Below, piece by piece: positions 16,293 to 27,239 of a stretch of DNA of 64,000 nucleotides (positions are counted from its first letter, which is position 1; the number at the start of each line of letters is the position of its first letter). This DNA comes from Escherichia coli (GTDB taxonomy: Bacteria; Pseudomonadota; Gammaproteobacteria; Enterobacterales; Enterobacteriaceae), in the NCBI RefSeq assembly GCF_003334305.1, contig NZ_QOWS01000023.1. One strand, given 5' to 3'. Made by a program: the position numbers and the translations under genes. The notes under the pieces are model-generated. The model was not told the origin of the DNA, did not search any database, and saw only the letters and a list, made by a program, of their open reading frames with translations.

Positions 16293-17720
16293 CTAGCGCG
16301 ACTGCTGATTATATTCATCATCGCGTTGATAAGCTTCATCATTCGGCTGCTCCGGAACCGACCGAAGTCGATACTCTTCATCCTGGCTCACCGCCTGTTC
16401 AGCCAAATCCGGATTAATCTCGCGTTTAATTTCTACTCCTAAACCGCGAAACGCTTCTGCCTGCGCCAGCACATTTCCGCGACCTGAAGAGAGTTTTTTC
16501 ATTGCCTGGCGGTAGTTATCCTGCGCTTTGTCGAGACTTTGACCAATCGCGGACATGTCATCGATGAACAAACGCATCTTGTCGTACAGCTTGCTGGCAC
16601 GATCGGCGATTTGCTGGGCGTTGCGGCTTTGATGCTCATAACGCCACAGGTTGGCAATAGTACGCAACGCCACCAGCAGCGTAGTCGGGCTAACCAGCAT
16701 GATATTGTTTTTCAACGCTTCGGTGATCAGCTCCGGCTGGCGGTCAAGCGCCAGTGAAAAAGCGGGTTCAACGGGAATAAACATCAGCACGTAATCCAGA
16801 GTTCGCAGCCCCGGCAGCTGTTGATAATCTTTGCGTCCCAGCAAACGGATATGGTTACGCACCGACGCGATATGTTCCTGTAGCGCGCTTTCGCGGGTGT
16901 AGTCGTCTTCGGCGTTAAAATAGCGTTCATAGGCGACCAGCGTCATTTTGGCGTCGATCACCACATCTTTTCCCTGCGGCAGCCGCACGATGACATCCGG
17001 CTGCATCCGCGAGCGGGCGTCATTTTCGATGCTGACCTGGGTTTCATATTCATACCCTTCACGCAGACCGGAAGCCTCCAGCACCCGCGTCAATACTACC
17101 TCGCCCCAGTTGCCCTGGGTTTTATTGTCGCCTTTCAGCGCGCGCGTCAGGTTGATCGCTTCCTGGGCCATTTGCGCGTTGAGTTGCTGGAGATTGCGAA
17201 TTTCGTGGGTCAGGGTATGGCGTTCTTGTGCTTCTTTACCGAAGCTGTCCTGAACCTGACGGCGGAAACCGTCCAGTTGTTCACGTAGCGGCGACAACAG
17301 GCTGTTCAGACTCTGACGGTTTTGCTCATCAACCCGGCGATTGCTGTGCTCAAAAATACGGTTGGCGAGGTTTTCAAACTGCTCACTGAGGCGCTGCTCG
17401 CTGTTAATCATCTGGCGAATTTTATCGTCAGCATGTTGCTGTGCGGCTTCCATCCGCGTGGTTACTTCACGCAGATCGGCCTCCAGAGAGGTGTTAATAC
17501 TTTGCAGGCTGCGCACTTCGTTATTGAGTAACTCGCACTCTGCACGCCAGTGCTCGCTTTGGGTAATTTGTTGTTTTGCCGCGCTTAACTCCGCGACCAT
17601 CTCTTCACGTTCAGCTAATTGCTCGGCTTTTTGCTGCGCATATTGATAACTGGCAAACAGCCAGCCAATTGCCACACCCACCAACGCAATAACTGCGTAA
17701 ACCATGATTGAGAAATCCAC
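16293..17720 (-). CDS. rmuC: DNA recombination protein RmuC, 475 aa
   Basis: Full-length coiled-coil ORF recognised as RmuC. Confidence 0.92.
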   Translation of the reverse strand: MDFSIMVYAVIALVGVAIGWLFASYQYAQQKAEQLAEREEMVAELSAAKQQITQSEHWRAECELLNNEVRSLQSINTSLEADLREVTTRMEAAQQHADDKIRQMINSEQRLSEQFENLANRIFEHSNRRVDEQNRQSLNSLLSPLREQLDGFRRQVQDSFGKEAQERHTLTHEIRNLQQLNAQMAQEAINLTRALKGDNKTQGNWGEVVLTRVLEASGLREGYEYETQVSIENDARSRMQPDVIVRLPQGKDVVIDAKMTLVAYERYFNAEDDYTRESALQEHIASVRNHIRLLGRKDYQQLPGLRTLDYVLMFIPVEPAFSLALDRQPELITEALKNNIMLVSPTTLLVALRTIANLWRYEHQSRNAQQIADRASKLYDKMRLFIDDMSAIGQSLDKAQDNYRQAMKKLSSGRGNVLAQAEAFRGLGVEIKREINPDLAEQAVSQDEEYRLRSVPEQPNDEAYQRDDEYNQQSR

Positions 17721-17811
17721 AACGCCTCCTGACGCAACAACTTACCCGCACAAAATAGAATTGTGCTGTACAAACGTCCAGTTGGAAAGGCATTTCCTGC
17801 GAGGCGCTACG

Positions 17812-17841
17812 CAAAAATACAAAAGGCCGAACGCGTCGGCC
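17812..17841 (-). terminator. Rho-independent terminator downstream of udp
   Basis: Minus strand reads GGCCGACGCGTTCGGCC hairpin then TTTTGTATTTTTG. Confidence 0.75.
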
Positions 17842-17860
17842 TTCAGACAGGAGAAGAGAA

Positions 17861-18622
17861 TTACAGCAGACGACGCGCCGCTTCCACCACGATTTTCACC
17901 GCTTGGCTTTCAGTTTGTTTCATCGTCTCAGCATTCGGGATCTCTTGCTGGGTGCGGTTAACGATAACACCCGCTACCATACCGGCACGCAGGCCCTGAC
18001 TTGCACACATGGTCAGCAGGGTTGCAGATTCCATTTCATAGTTCATTACGCCCATCGCCTGCCACTCTTCCATAGAACCTTTAAAGTGACGAACTACGCG
18101 ACCAGAGTAAGTATCGTAACGTTCCTGGCCTGGGTAGAAGGTATCAGAAGAAGCTGTCACGCCAACGTGAGTTGTCGCGCCAATGGATTTCGCAGCTTCA
18201 ACCAGCGCAGTCGTACATTCGAAATCAGCGACAGCCGGGAATTCCAGCGGTGCGAAGTGCAGGCTCGCGCCATCCAGACGGACAGACGCCGTGGTAACCA
18301 GGACATCACCCACATTAATATGCGGCTGAATAGCGCCCGTTGTACCGATACGCAGGAAGGTGCGAATGCCCAGCTGTGCCAGCTCTTCAACAGCAATAGA
18401 GGTAGACGGGCCGCCGATACCGGTAGAGCAGACGATAACAGGTTTACCATCCAGCTCTGCACGCCAGGTAGTGAATTCGCGGTGAGATGCCAGCTTAACC
18501 GGCTTATCCATCAGCGCGGCGATCTTTTCCACACGATCCGGGTCGCCAGGGACGATGGCAAGCGTAGCCCCTTGTAAATCGTTTTTAGTGAGGCCGAGAT
18601 GAAAAACATCAGACTTGGACAT
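17861..18622 (-). CDS. udp: Uridine phosphorylase, 253 aa
   Basis: ORF track 17861-18628; ATG start at 18622 gives [16 protein letters not shown]... Confidence 0.95.
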   Translation of the reverse strand: MSKSDVFHLGLTKNDLQGATLAIVPGDPDRVEKIAALMDKPVKLASHREFTTWRAELDGKPVIVCSTGIGGPSTSIAVEELAQLGIRTFLRIGTTGAIQPHINVGDVLVTTASVRLDGASLHFAPLEFPAVADFECTTALVEAAKSIGATTHVGVTASSDTFYPGQERYDTYSGRVVRHFKGSMEEWQAMGVMNYEMESATLLTMCASQGLRAGMVAGVIVNRTQQEIPNAETMKQTESQAVKIVVEAARRLL

Positions 18623-18747
18623 ATACAACTCCTCTGTGAATCGGTTTAGTCAGAAGAAGCAAAAAGACACTTTACCGAAGGGTTTAACATTTTTTCGTGA
18701 TACTCATCACCATGGCGCAAATGCGTTGCATAAATTTACCCACCAAA

Positions 18748-18763
18748 AGTGATTCAAATCACA
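18748..18763. promoter_or_regulatory. CRP binding site in the udp promoter region
   Basis: AGTGA-TTCAAA-TCACA, a near-perfect match to TGTGA-N6-TCACA; udp is CRP/CytR-controlled (established knowledge). Confidence 0.65.
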
Positions 18764-18883
18764 TAAATCACTCTTCATTCTGCAGGACTGCATAAAAGAT
18801 GAGCCGATTCAGGCAATGTGATTTGTTGCATGCTGACTATAGTTAACATTGCGCAACATTTTTATAAGGGTACGGAGAATACC

Positions 18884-19699
18884 ATGGCAACAACACAACA
18901 ATCTGGATTTACACCTGCTGCATCGCCTCTCGCTTCGACCATCGTTCAGACCCCGGACGACGCGATTGTGGCGGGCTTCACCTCTATCCCTTCACAAGGG
19001 GATAACATGCCTGCTTACCATGCCAGACCAAAGCAAAGCGATGGCCAACTGCCAGTGGTCATTGTAGTGCAGGAAATTTTTGGCGTGCATGAACATATCC
19101 GCGACATTTGTCGCCGTCTGGCGCTGGAGGGGTATCTGGCTATCGCACCTGAACTTTACTTCCGCGAAGGCGATCCGAATGATTTTGCCGATATCCCCAC
19201 GTTGCTTAGCGGTCTGGTAGCAAAAGTGCCTGACTCGCAGGTGCTGGCCGATCTCGATCATGTCGCCAGTTGGGCTTCCCGCAACGGCGGCGATGTTCAT
19301 CGTTTAATGATCACCGGATTCTGCTGGGGTGGACGTATCACCTGGCTGTATGCCGCGCATAATCCACAGCTAAAAGCCGCAGTGGCGTGGTACGGCAAAC
19401 TGACGGGCGATAAGTCGCTGAATTCACCGAAACAACCTGTTGATATCGCAACCGATCTTAACGCGCCGGTTCTCGGCTTATATGGCGGTCAGGATAACAG
19501 CATTCCGCAGGAGAGCGTTGAAACGATGCGCCAGGCGCTGCGGGCTGCTAATGCGAAAGCAGAGATTATCGTCTACCCGGATGCCGGGCATGCATTCAAC
19601 GCTGATTATCGCCCGAGCTATCATGCCGAATCTGCGAAAGATGGCTGGCAGCGTATGCTGGAATGGTTTAAGCAGTATGGTGGGAAGAAGTCGCTGTAA
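18884..19699 (+). CDS. ysgA: Dienelactone-hydrolase-family protein YsgA, 271 aa
   Basis: ORF track 18818-19699; start at 18884 (MATTQQSGF...). Confidence 0.85.
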   Translation: MATTQQSGFTPAASPLASTIVQTPDDAIVAGFTSIPSQGDNMPAYHARPKQSDGQLPVVIVVQEIFGVHEHIRDICRRLALEGYLAIAPELYFREGDPNDFADIPTLLSGLVAKVPDSQVLADLDHVASWASRNGGDVHRLMITGFCWGGRITWLYAAHNPQLKAAVAWYGKLTGDKSLNSPKQPVDIATDLNAPVLGLYGGQDNSIPQESVETMRQALRAANAKAEIIVYPDAGHAFNADYRPSYHAESAKDGWQRMLEWFKQYGGKKSL

Positions 19700-19737
19700 T
19701 GAGAAAAGACCGGGTGGTATTACCACCCGGTTTGGAT

Positions 19738-21999
19738 TTACCCCAGACGCAAATTCTGCGCCGCCTGCACCATGTTCGCCAGTGCCGCGCGGGTTTCTGG
19801 CCAGCCGCGCGTTTTCAGGCCACAGTCTGGGTTGACCCACAGGCGCTCTGCCGGAATGCGTTTTGCCGCTTTCTTCAGCAGGGCTTCAATCCATTCCACG
19901 CTCGGTACGTTTGGCGAGTGAATGTCATAGACGCCTGGACCGATTTCATTCGGATAATCAAACTCTTCAAACGACTCCAGCAACTCCATGTCGGAACGCG
20001 AGGTTTCGATGGTGATGACGTCTGCATCCAGCGCCGCAATGGAATCCATGATGTCGTTGAACTCGCAATAACACATGTGAGTGTGGATTTGTGTGTCATC
20101 TTTCGCCACGGCGGCGTTGATACGGAAGGCCTCTACGCCCCACTGGAGATAGGCGTCCCAGTCGCTACGACGCAGTGGTAAACCTTCGCGCAGCGCCGGT
20201 TCGTCAATCTGGATGATACCAATCCCTGCCGCTTCCAGATCGGCCACCTCATCACGCAGCGCCAGCGCAATCTGTTTGGCGATGGTTTCACGGCTGACAT
20301 CTTCACGCGGGAACGACCAGCAGAGTATGGTCACCGGCCCCGTCAGCATCCCTTTCACCGGTTTGTCGGTCAGCGATTGCGCATACTTCGCCCACTCCAC
20401 GGTAATCGGTGCCGGGCGACTAACGTCACCAATAACAATCGGTGGCTTCACGCAGCGGGAACCGTAGCTCTGTACCCAACCGTTTTGCGTAAAGACAAAC
20501 CCGTCGAGGTGCTCGCCAAAGTATTCCACCATGTCATTACGCTCGGCCTCGCCATGTACCAGCACATCCAGTCCCAAACGTTCCTGTTCAACAATGGCCT
20601 GCCTGATATGTTCCGCAATGCCCGTGCGGTAGTTATTGGCGTCGAGATTGCCCTTTTTGAAATCCAGACGCAGGGTACGAATTTCCGTGGTTTGCGGGAA
20701 AGAACCAATCGTGGTGGTCGGCCACGCTGGCAGTTTAAAACGCGCACGCTGGGCTTCGGCACGCACTTCATAGACATTCGCACGCTGGCTGTCCTGGGCG
20801 GTGATCGCCGCCAGACGCTTTTCTACCGCCGGATTATGTACGCGGGTAGAGTGACGACGTGCCTGAATCGGGGCGCTCCACTCTGCCAGAGCTGCCGTGT
20901 CACCACTGTTCAGCGCATCGCGCAGCAGTGCCAGTTCATGGCATTTTTGTAGGGCGAAGGCAAACCAGCTTTTCACTTCTGCATCAAGACGCGTTTCCAC
21001 GCTCAGGTCGATGGGGCTGTGCAGCAACGAGCAGGAAGATGCCACCCACAAATCACGTTTGCCGACAATGTCCTTAATTTGCGCATATTTCTCGGTAAGA
21101 TCGGCGCGCCAGACGTTACGACCATTGATCAGACCCGCAGACAGCAACCAGTCAGAAGGCAGGCGCTTGTGCAGTTCAGCAACGTCATCTTTACCATGTA
21201 CGAGGTCAACATGCAGACCCTGAACAGGCAGCGCAGTAATCGTGTCGAGATTTGGCGTTACGCCTTCAAAATAGGTGGTCAGCAGCAGTTTCACCTGTCC
21301 CTGGAGCGCGTCGTAAGCGGGTTTGTATGCGTCCAGCCACGCCTGTGGTAGTTCCAGTACCAGCGCGGGTTCATCAATCTGTACCCACTCGATGCCGCGT
21401 TTCGCCAGTTCTGCCAGCACTTGCTGATAAACCGGCAGAATGTCGTTCAGCAGGCTAAGGCGGTCAAACTGTTCACCTTTCACTTTCCCCAGCCACAGGT
21501 AAGTAACCGGCCCCAGCAGCACAGGCTTAACGTTGTGGCCCAGCGCCAGCGCCTCGTCCACTTCCTCCAGCAGCTGCGTCCAGGTCAGTTTGAACTGTTG
21601 GCCTTTAACGAATTCCGGCACCATGTAGTGATAGTTGGTGTTAAACCATTTGGTCATTTCCGCTGCCGCCGCAGGTTCGCCAGTCGGCGCACGTCCACGA
21701 CCAATACGGAACAGGGTGTCGATATCTACCGAACCGTCTTTGTTCTGATGACGTGGCGGAACATTACCCAGCAGCAGACTGGTGGTCAGAACATGATCGT
21801 ACCAGGCAAAATCGCCCACCGGCAGCAGGTCGATACCCGCTTGCTTTTGTTGATCCCAGTGACGAGCACGCAGTTCACGCCCTACTGTCAGCAGTTCTTC
21901 ACGCGTGGAGTTCCCCGCCCAATAACTTTCTTGCGCTTTTTTCAGCTCGCGACGCAGGCCAACGCGAGGGAAACCGAGGGTGTGATTAAGAATTGTCAT
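19738..21999 (-). CDS. metE: Cobalamin-independent methionine synthase, 753 aa
   Basis: Full-length ORF recognised as MetE. Confidence 0.96.
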   Translation of the reverse strand: MTILNHTLGFPRVGLRRELKKAQESYWAGNSTREELLTVGRELRARHWDQQKQAGIDLLPVGDFAWYDHVLTTSLLLGNVPPRHQNKDGSVDIDTLFRIGRGRAPTGEPAAAAEMTKWFNTNYHYMVPEFVKGQQFKLTWTQLLEEVDEALALGHNVKPVLLGPVTYLWLGKVKGEQFDRLSLLNDILPVYQQVLAELAKRGIEWVQIDEPALVLELPQAWLDAYKPAYDALQGQVKLLLTTYFEGVTPNLDTITALPVQGLHVDLVHGKDDVAELHKRLPSDWLLSAGLINGRNVWRADLTEKYAQIKDIVGKRDLWVASSCSLLHSPIDLSVETRLDAEVKSWFAFALQKCHELALLRDALNSGDTAALAEWSAPIQARRHSTRVHNPAVEKRLAAITAQDSQRANVYEVRAEAQRARFKLPAWPTTTIGSFPQTTEIRTLRLDFKKGNLDANNYRTGIAEHIRQAIVEQERLGLDVLVHGEAERNDMVEYFGEHLDGFVFTQNGWVQSYGSRCVKPPIVIGDVSRPAPITVEWAKYAQSLTDKPVKGMLTGPVTILCWSFPREDVSRETIAKQIALALRDEVADLEAAGIGIIQIDEPALREGLPLRRSDWDAYLQWGVEAFRINAAVAKDDTQIHTHMCYCEFNDIMDSIAALDADVITIETSRSDMELLESFEEFDYPNEIGPGVYDIHSPNVPSVEWIEALLKKAAKRIPAERLWVNPDCGLKTRGWPETRAALANMVQAAQNLRLG

Positions 22000-22029
22000 T
22001 ATATGCCCCTTATGGAATTTTTAGTATTT

Positions 22030-22053
22030 AGCCGTCCAGATGTTTACACATCC
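22030..22053. promoter_or_regulatory. Candidate tandem MetJ boxes in the metE-metR divergent promoter region
   Basis: Tandem 8-mers AGCCGTCC-AGATGTTT-ACACATCC loosely matching the AGACGTCT met-box repeat; weak. Confidence 0.35.
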
Positions 22054-22116
22054 ATAATTGGCGGTTACTGTATATTCCTCAAGCGCAAATTATTCATGCC
22101 GAAGTGAAGGACTTTC

Positions 22117-23070
22117 ATGATCGAAGTAAAACACCTGAAAACGCTACAAGCGTTGCGGAACTGCGGCTCTCTCGCAGCCGCTGCGGCGACGTTGCATCAG
22201 ACGCAATCCGCCCTGTCTCACCAGTTTAGCGATCTGGAACAACGCCTTGGCTTCCGGCTATTTGTGCGTAAGAGCCAGCCGCTACGCTTTACACCGCAGG
22301 GAGAAATCCTGTTGCAACTGGCAAACCAGGTGCTGCCGCAAATTAGCCAGGCACTGCAAGCCTGCAATGAACCGCAGCAGACGCGTCTGCGCATTGCCAT
22401 TGAGTGCCATAGCTGTATTCAGTGGCTGACGCCCGCGTTAGAAAATTTCCATAAGAACTGGCCGCAGGTAGAGATGGATTTTAAATCGGGCGTGACGTTT
22501 GACCCGCAGCCCGCGTTGCAACAGGGCGAGCTGGATCTGGTGATGACCTCCGATATCCTGCCGCGCAGTGGCCTGCATTATTCGCCGATGTTCGACTATG
22601 AAGTGCGTCTGGTGTTAGCACCTGACCATCCACTGGCGGCGAAAACGCGAATTACACCGGAAGATCTCGCCAGCGAGACGCTGTTGATTTATCCGGTGCA
22701 GCGTAGTCGACTGGATGTCTGGCGGCATTTTCTTCAGCCGGCAGGCGTCAGCCCGTCACTGAAAAGCGTCGATAACACCTTATTGTTGATTCAGATGGTT
22801 GCCGCGCGGATGGGTATTGCCGCGCTACCGCATTGGGTAGTAGAGAGTTTTGAGCGCCAGGGTCTGGTGGTGACCAAAACCCTGGGCGAAGGCTTGTGGA
22901 GCCGACTGTACGCCGCCGTGCGCGATGGCGAGCAGCGTCAGCCAGTTACGGAAGCGTTTATTCGCTCAGCGCGCAATCACGCCTGCGATCATCTGCCGTT
23001 TGTGAAGAGCGCGGAGCGACCCACTTACGATGCACCCACAGTGAGGCCAGGATCACCAGCGCGCCTGTAA
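22117..23070 (+). CDS. metR: LysR-type regulator MetR, 317 aa
   Basis: Full-length ORF with N-terminal HTH; divergent from metE. Confidence 0.95.
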
Positions 23071-23857
23071 TAAACGTTGGCCAGTGCGGCTGTTGGTGCC
23101 AGATAGCCAGGTTTACCAGCAGCCCTGCCGGAACGTGCATATTATTCATAATGCCCAGCGTTCCGGCGTCCACCTGCGTCGCGCCGTAGTTCCACATAAA
23201 GTAGCCAATCCCGGAAGCCACCACGCCAAGAAACACCAGAATGCCCCATTGCAGCGTGGTTTGCGGCATTTTCTGCGCATTTCCCAGCAAGAACCATGCA
23301 ATTACCGCCACCAGGAACGCGCCAAGATAGAACCACGCAAAGGCGTTATGCTGCGGCATCGGGCGAGTTTCCATCAGGCGTTTGTAACCCACCATGCCGA
23401 TGGCAAAAGTGATATTGGAGAGTTGCACCAGCAACAAGCCAGTCCAGAAATGGTCGGTGACCTGATCATAGCGAATAATCCCGGCACCAATCACCGCCAA
23501 CAAGGCACTAAAAGCATATCCCCAGCGCAGACGGCGCTTACTCATGATGTCATAAATCAGCGTGATGTAGAGCGGCGTCAGTACGGTGAACAGCAGCAGT
23601 TCGGAAACCGTCAGATAGAGATAAGCGCGGAAACTCAGCATATACATCACGCCAAGCTGCATCGCGCCCACCAGCATATACAGGCCGACTGTTTTCAGGC
23701 TATTGCCACGGGTACGCAGAAACGGCAGAAAAACGAGTGCCGCCAGGCCAACGCGCACCAGCACCGCAAAATAGCTATCGACGTGCCCCGCAAGGTACTC
23801 GCCATAAAAGCTAAAGGAGAAGGCCCACAGAATCGTGGTGATGATAAGTAGCGCCAC
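22958..23857 (-). CDS. yigM: DMT-family inner membrane transporter YigM (biotin transporter BioP), 299 aa
   Basis: Polytopic membrane ORF; its 3' end overlaps the metR 3' end by 113 bp. Confidence 0.88.
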
Positions 23858-23932
23858 AATGGAAAACTCTTTGATTAACGAGTATCCATTGTAGCGAAGT
23901 ATCAGGTTGACAACTGACCAAATAAAGAACGA

Positions 23933-24733
23933 TTACGATAAATAGAGTTTACGCAGATAATGCGGCACCGCGTCGTCGGCATTAGTACCAATCACTTCCA
24001 GCTCGGGATGAAGGTCTTTCAGACGCTGGTGCGCACTGCCCATAATGCAGCCTTTCCCCGCCATCGACAGCATTTCGGCATCGTTCATCCCGTCACCAAA
24101 CGCAATACAATCCTTCAGGCTGTAGCCCAGTTTCTTCGCCACCGCTTCCAGCGCATGGCCTTTCGACACGCCGCCCGCCATCACTTCCAGACAGGTTAAG
24201 GTAGAGAAACTGACGTTGACGCGATCGCCCCAGCGAGCGTTAATCGCCTGCTCCAGCGGCAGCAGTTGTTCATGGGAATCGCAGGTGAAAAACACTTTGC
24301 TGACGCCTTCCGGCTCCAGTAATCCAGGCTCATACAGCGCATATTTGAACACCGCTTCTTTAAAAAAGCGCATCTCTTCCGGGCGATGGCGATTCATAAA
24401 CCATTCGTCGTCGCGATAAACGTTAGTAATGATGTCCGGATTGTCGTTGACTACGCCAAACAGATCGCTGGCAATGTCGCGATCCAGGTTATGAGCAAAA
24501 ATCAGATTACCATCCAGATCGTGAACGCGCGCACCATTGGAGGTAATCATGTAAGACTTAATCTCCAGATTATCGCGAATTTGCCCCACATCAACGTGGT
24601 GACGACCGGTCGCAAACACAAAGTTGATGCCGCGCGCGGTGAGCAGCTTCAGAGTTTCTTTGGCGTAAGGGGATAACGTATGGTCGGGAGAAAGTAACGT
24701 GCCATCTAAATCAGACGCAACAACCTGGTACAT
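23933..24733 (-). CDS. yigL: HAD-superfamily (Cof-like) sugar phosphatase YigL, 266 aa
   Basis: ORF track 23933-24859; start at internal ATG giving MYQVVASDLDGTLL... (HAD motif I DLDGTL). Confidence 0.88.
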   Translation of the reverse strand: MYQVVASDLDGTLLSPDHTLSPYAKETLKLLTARGINFVFATGRHHVDVGQIRDNLEIKSYMITSNGARVHDLDGNLIFAHNLDRDIASDLFGVVNDNPDIITNVYRDDEWFMNRHRPEEMRFFKEAVFKYALYEPGLLEPEGVSKVFFTCDSHEQLLPLEQAINARWGDRVNVSFSTLTCLEVMAGGVSKGHALEAVAKKLGYSLKDCIAFGDGMNDAEMLSMAGKGCIMGSAHQRLKDLHPELEVIGTNADDAVPHYLRKLYLS

Positions 24734-24740
24734 AAGAAAT

Positions 24741-25763
24741 TTAAACCTCTGTAGAGCGGTTTCCGCTGGGTGAGTTATGCCTGTTGAAAAAATCAACAAT
24801 GGCGTGGAGCGCGACTGAGCGCATTGCGTCCTTTTCAAAAAGGATCTCATGGTAAGCACCTTTAATTACCAACGGTCGTCCTCCTTCGACAGGATGGCCC
24901 GCGGCGGTGCGGAGTTCACAAAAACGGTCATGCATGCGGTTATCCACCACGCGTTCCTCTTCAGCTTGTAAGAGAAGCGTTGGCGTGGCGTCATCACCCG
25001 CACCGGCTAACACCTGTTCGCCAGCCAGAATACTTTCGCGTACCCAATGGTAGGTCGGCCCACCGACGCGAATCGTTGGGTCATCAGCATAGAAGCGTAA
25101 GTTACGTCGATATCGCTGTCTGCTGTGGGTCAGTACGTTGATAGCAAACGGCAACGCGCGCCAGCGCCCGGTGCCTATTGCATAGCCATCACGGAAACGT
25201 GGATGCGCTTCGGCCCAGTTGAGGATCTGCCGTGCCATAAATGACGGCATACGAATCACGATCCCAAACATTGGCGCAGTTAGCGCAATGGCGTCACATA
25301 CACCTGGATGGCGTTGCAGAAATAATGTGGAGATCGCACCGCCCATCGAATGTGCCAGTATATAGCGTTTACGCCACGGACCGGGCTGAACCTCCTGCTG
25401 CCAGAATGCCGCCAGATCATCAACATAATCATTAAAGCGATTAACATGCCCGAGATGCGGATCGGCTAACAGGCGACCGGAACGTCCCTGCCCGCGATGG
25501 TCGATGATTAAGACATCAAACCCCAAATGGAACAGGTCATAGGCCAGTTCCGCATATTTTACGTAGCTCTCAATACGCCCCGGGCAGATGACTACCACCC
25601 GGTCATGGTGCTGTGCGCGAAAACGGACAAAGCGCACCGGAATGTCATCCACACCAGTAAACTCTGCTTCATCACGCTGACGCCAGAAATCAGTCAGCGG
25701 TCCCATGGTAAAAGCAGCAAACGCGTTTTCTCTTGTTTCCCAGTCTTTTTGCTGCTGAAACAT
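24741..25763 (-). CDS. pldB: Lysophospholipase L2, 340 aa
   Basis: Full-length alpha/beta hydrolase (GHSMGG motif). Confidence 0.93.
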   Translation of the reverse strand: MFQQQKDWETRENAFAAFTMGPLTDFWRQRDEAEFTGVDDIPVRFVRFRAQHHDRVVVICPGRIESYVKYAELAYDLFHLGFDVLIIDHRGQGRSGRLLADPHLGHVNRFNDYVDDLAAFWQQEVQPGPWRKRYILAHSMGGAISTLFLQRHPGVCDAIALTAPMFGIVIRMPSFMARQILNWAEAHPRFRDGYAIGTGRWRALPFAINVLTHSRQRYRRNLRFYADDPTIRVGGPTYHWVRESILAGEQVLAGAGDDATPTLLLQAEEERVVDNRMHDRFCELRTAAGHPVEGGRPLVIKGAYHEILFEKDAMRSVALHAIVDFFNRHNSPSGNRSTEV

Positions 25764-25873
25764 CGGGTAATCTGCCTCTTAAACCACGTAAAATCGTTTT
25801 TTTTAGCGTGCCTGACACAACGCTGCGACAGTAGCGTATTGTGGCACAAAAATAGACACACCGGGAGTTCATC

Positions 25874-26494
25874 ATGACCTTAGAATGGTGGTTTGCCTAC
25901 CTGCTGACATCGATCATTTTAAGCCTGTCGCCAGGCTCTGGTGCAATCAACACTATGACCACCTCGCTCAACCACGGTTATCGCGGCGCGGTGGCGTCTA
26001 TTGCTGGGCTTCAGACCGGACTGGCGATTCATATTGTGCTGGTTGGCGTGGGGTTGGGGACGCTATTTTCCCGCTCAGTGATTGCGTTTGAAGTGTTGAA
26101 GTGGGCAGGCGCGGCTTACTTGATTTGGCTGGGAATCCAGCAGTGGCGCGCCGCTGGTGCAATTGACCTTAAATCGCTGGCCTCTACTCAATCGCGTCGA
26201 CATTTGTTCCAGCGCGCAGTTTTTGTGAATCTCACCAATCCCAAAAGTATTGTGTTTCTGGCGGCGCTATTTCCGCAATTCATCATGCCGCAACAGCCGC
26301 AACTGATGCAGTATATCGTGCTCGGCGTCACCACTATTGTGGTCGATATTATTGTGATGATCGGTTACGCCACCCTTGCTCAACGGATTGCTCTATGGAT
26401 TAAAGGACCAAAGCAGATGAAGGCGCTGAATAAGATTTTCGGCTCGTTGTTTATGCTGGTGGGAGCACTGTTAGCATCGGCGAGGCATGCGTGA
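25874..26494 (+). CDS. rhtB: Homoserine/homoserine-lactone efflux protein (LysE family), 206 aa
   Basis: Full-length ORF recognised as RhtB. Confidence 0.93.
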
Positions 26495-26502
26495 AAAATA
26501 AT

Positions 26503-26532
26503 GTCGGATGCGGCGTAAACGCCTTATCCGAC
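26503..26532. repeat. REP element between convergent rhtB and rhtC
   Basis: GTCGGATGCGGCGTAAACGCCTTATCCGAC palindrome. Confidence 0.8.
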
Positions 26533-26555
26533 TTACTCTGAAGACGCGTCTGGCA

Positions 26556-27176
26556 TCACCGCGAAATAATCAAATGAATGCCAAATCCGGCAAATAACGC
26601 CCCGGCAAAACCATCAATCCACTTCGCCAGACGTTGATAACCACGGCGCATTTGCGGCAGGGCAAACAGGCTGGCAACGACGGTAAACCACGCCAGTGTT
26701 TCGACAATGATCAGCGCAAAAATGCCCCAGCGCGCGGTAGTGCCAACGTTATCACCGACAAACAATGAGAATACCGAACCAAAATAGATAATCGCTTTCG
26801 GATTAGCGAGATTGGTCAGTAAACCTTTCAGGAAACTGCGCCCACTTTTCGCCAGCTCGACCTGTGGCGCAGGTGCAGAAACCGCCTCTTTTTTCAGCGC
26901 GCCGCGCAGCATCTGATAACCCATCCAGCAGAGATACAGGCCACCGCCAACCATAATCAGCGTATGCAGCCAGGCCATTTTTTCGATAATCAAATGCAGG
27001 CCAAGCAACGCAATCCCTTCCCAAACCATAACGCCGCAGGTAATACCCAGCACGCCCATCATCGCTTCTTTACGGGAACGACTGACAGCGGTCTGAGAGA
27101 CAAAAAAGAAATCGGGACCGGGACTCATAAGCGCCACAATGTGCACCATGGCGACGGTAAGAAATAACATCAACAT
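26556..27176 (-). CDS. rhtC: Threonine efflux protein (LysE family), 206 aa
   Basis: Full-length ORF recognised as RhtC. Confidence 0.93.
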   Translation of the reverse strand: MLMLFLTVAMVHIVALMSPGPDFFFVSQTAVSRSRKEAMMGVLGITCGVMVWEGIALLGLHLIIEKMAWLHTLIMVGGGLYLCWMGYQMLRGALKKEAVSAPAPQVELAKSGRSFLKGLLTNLANPKAIIYFGSVFSLFVGDNVGTTARWGIFALIIVETLAWFTVVASLFALPQMRRGYQRLAKWIDGFAGALFAGFGIHLIISR

Positions 27177-27239
27177 ACATTTGACTCGCGGGGGAAACGT
27201 TTACGGAGTCTTCATCCTGGCACTTTTTTATGCTGCTGA

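Noticed and set aside
17903-18577. 224-aa plus-strand ORF
   Set aside because: Antisense within udp.
21421-22107. 228-aa plus-strand ORF, with similar ones at 19699-20181 and 20377-20952
   Set aside because: All are antisense frames inside metE.
23084-23851. 255-aa plus-strand ORF
   Set aside because: Antisense to the membrane transporter yigM; low-complexity His/Gln/Arg-rich translation typical of a spurious frame.
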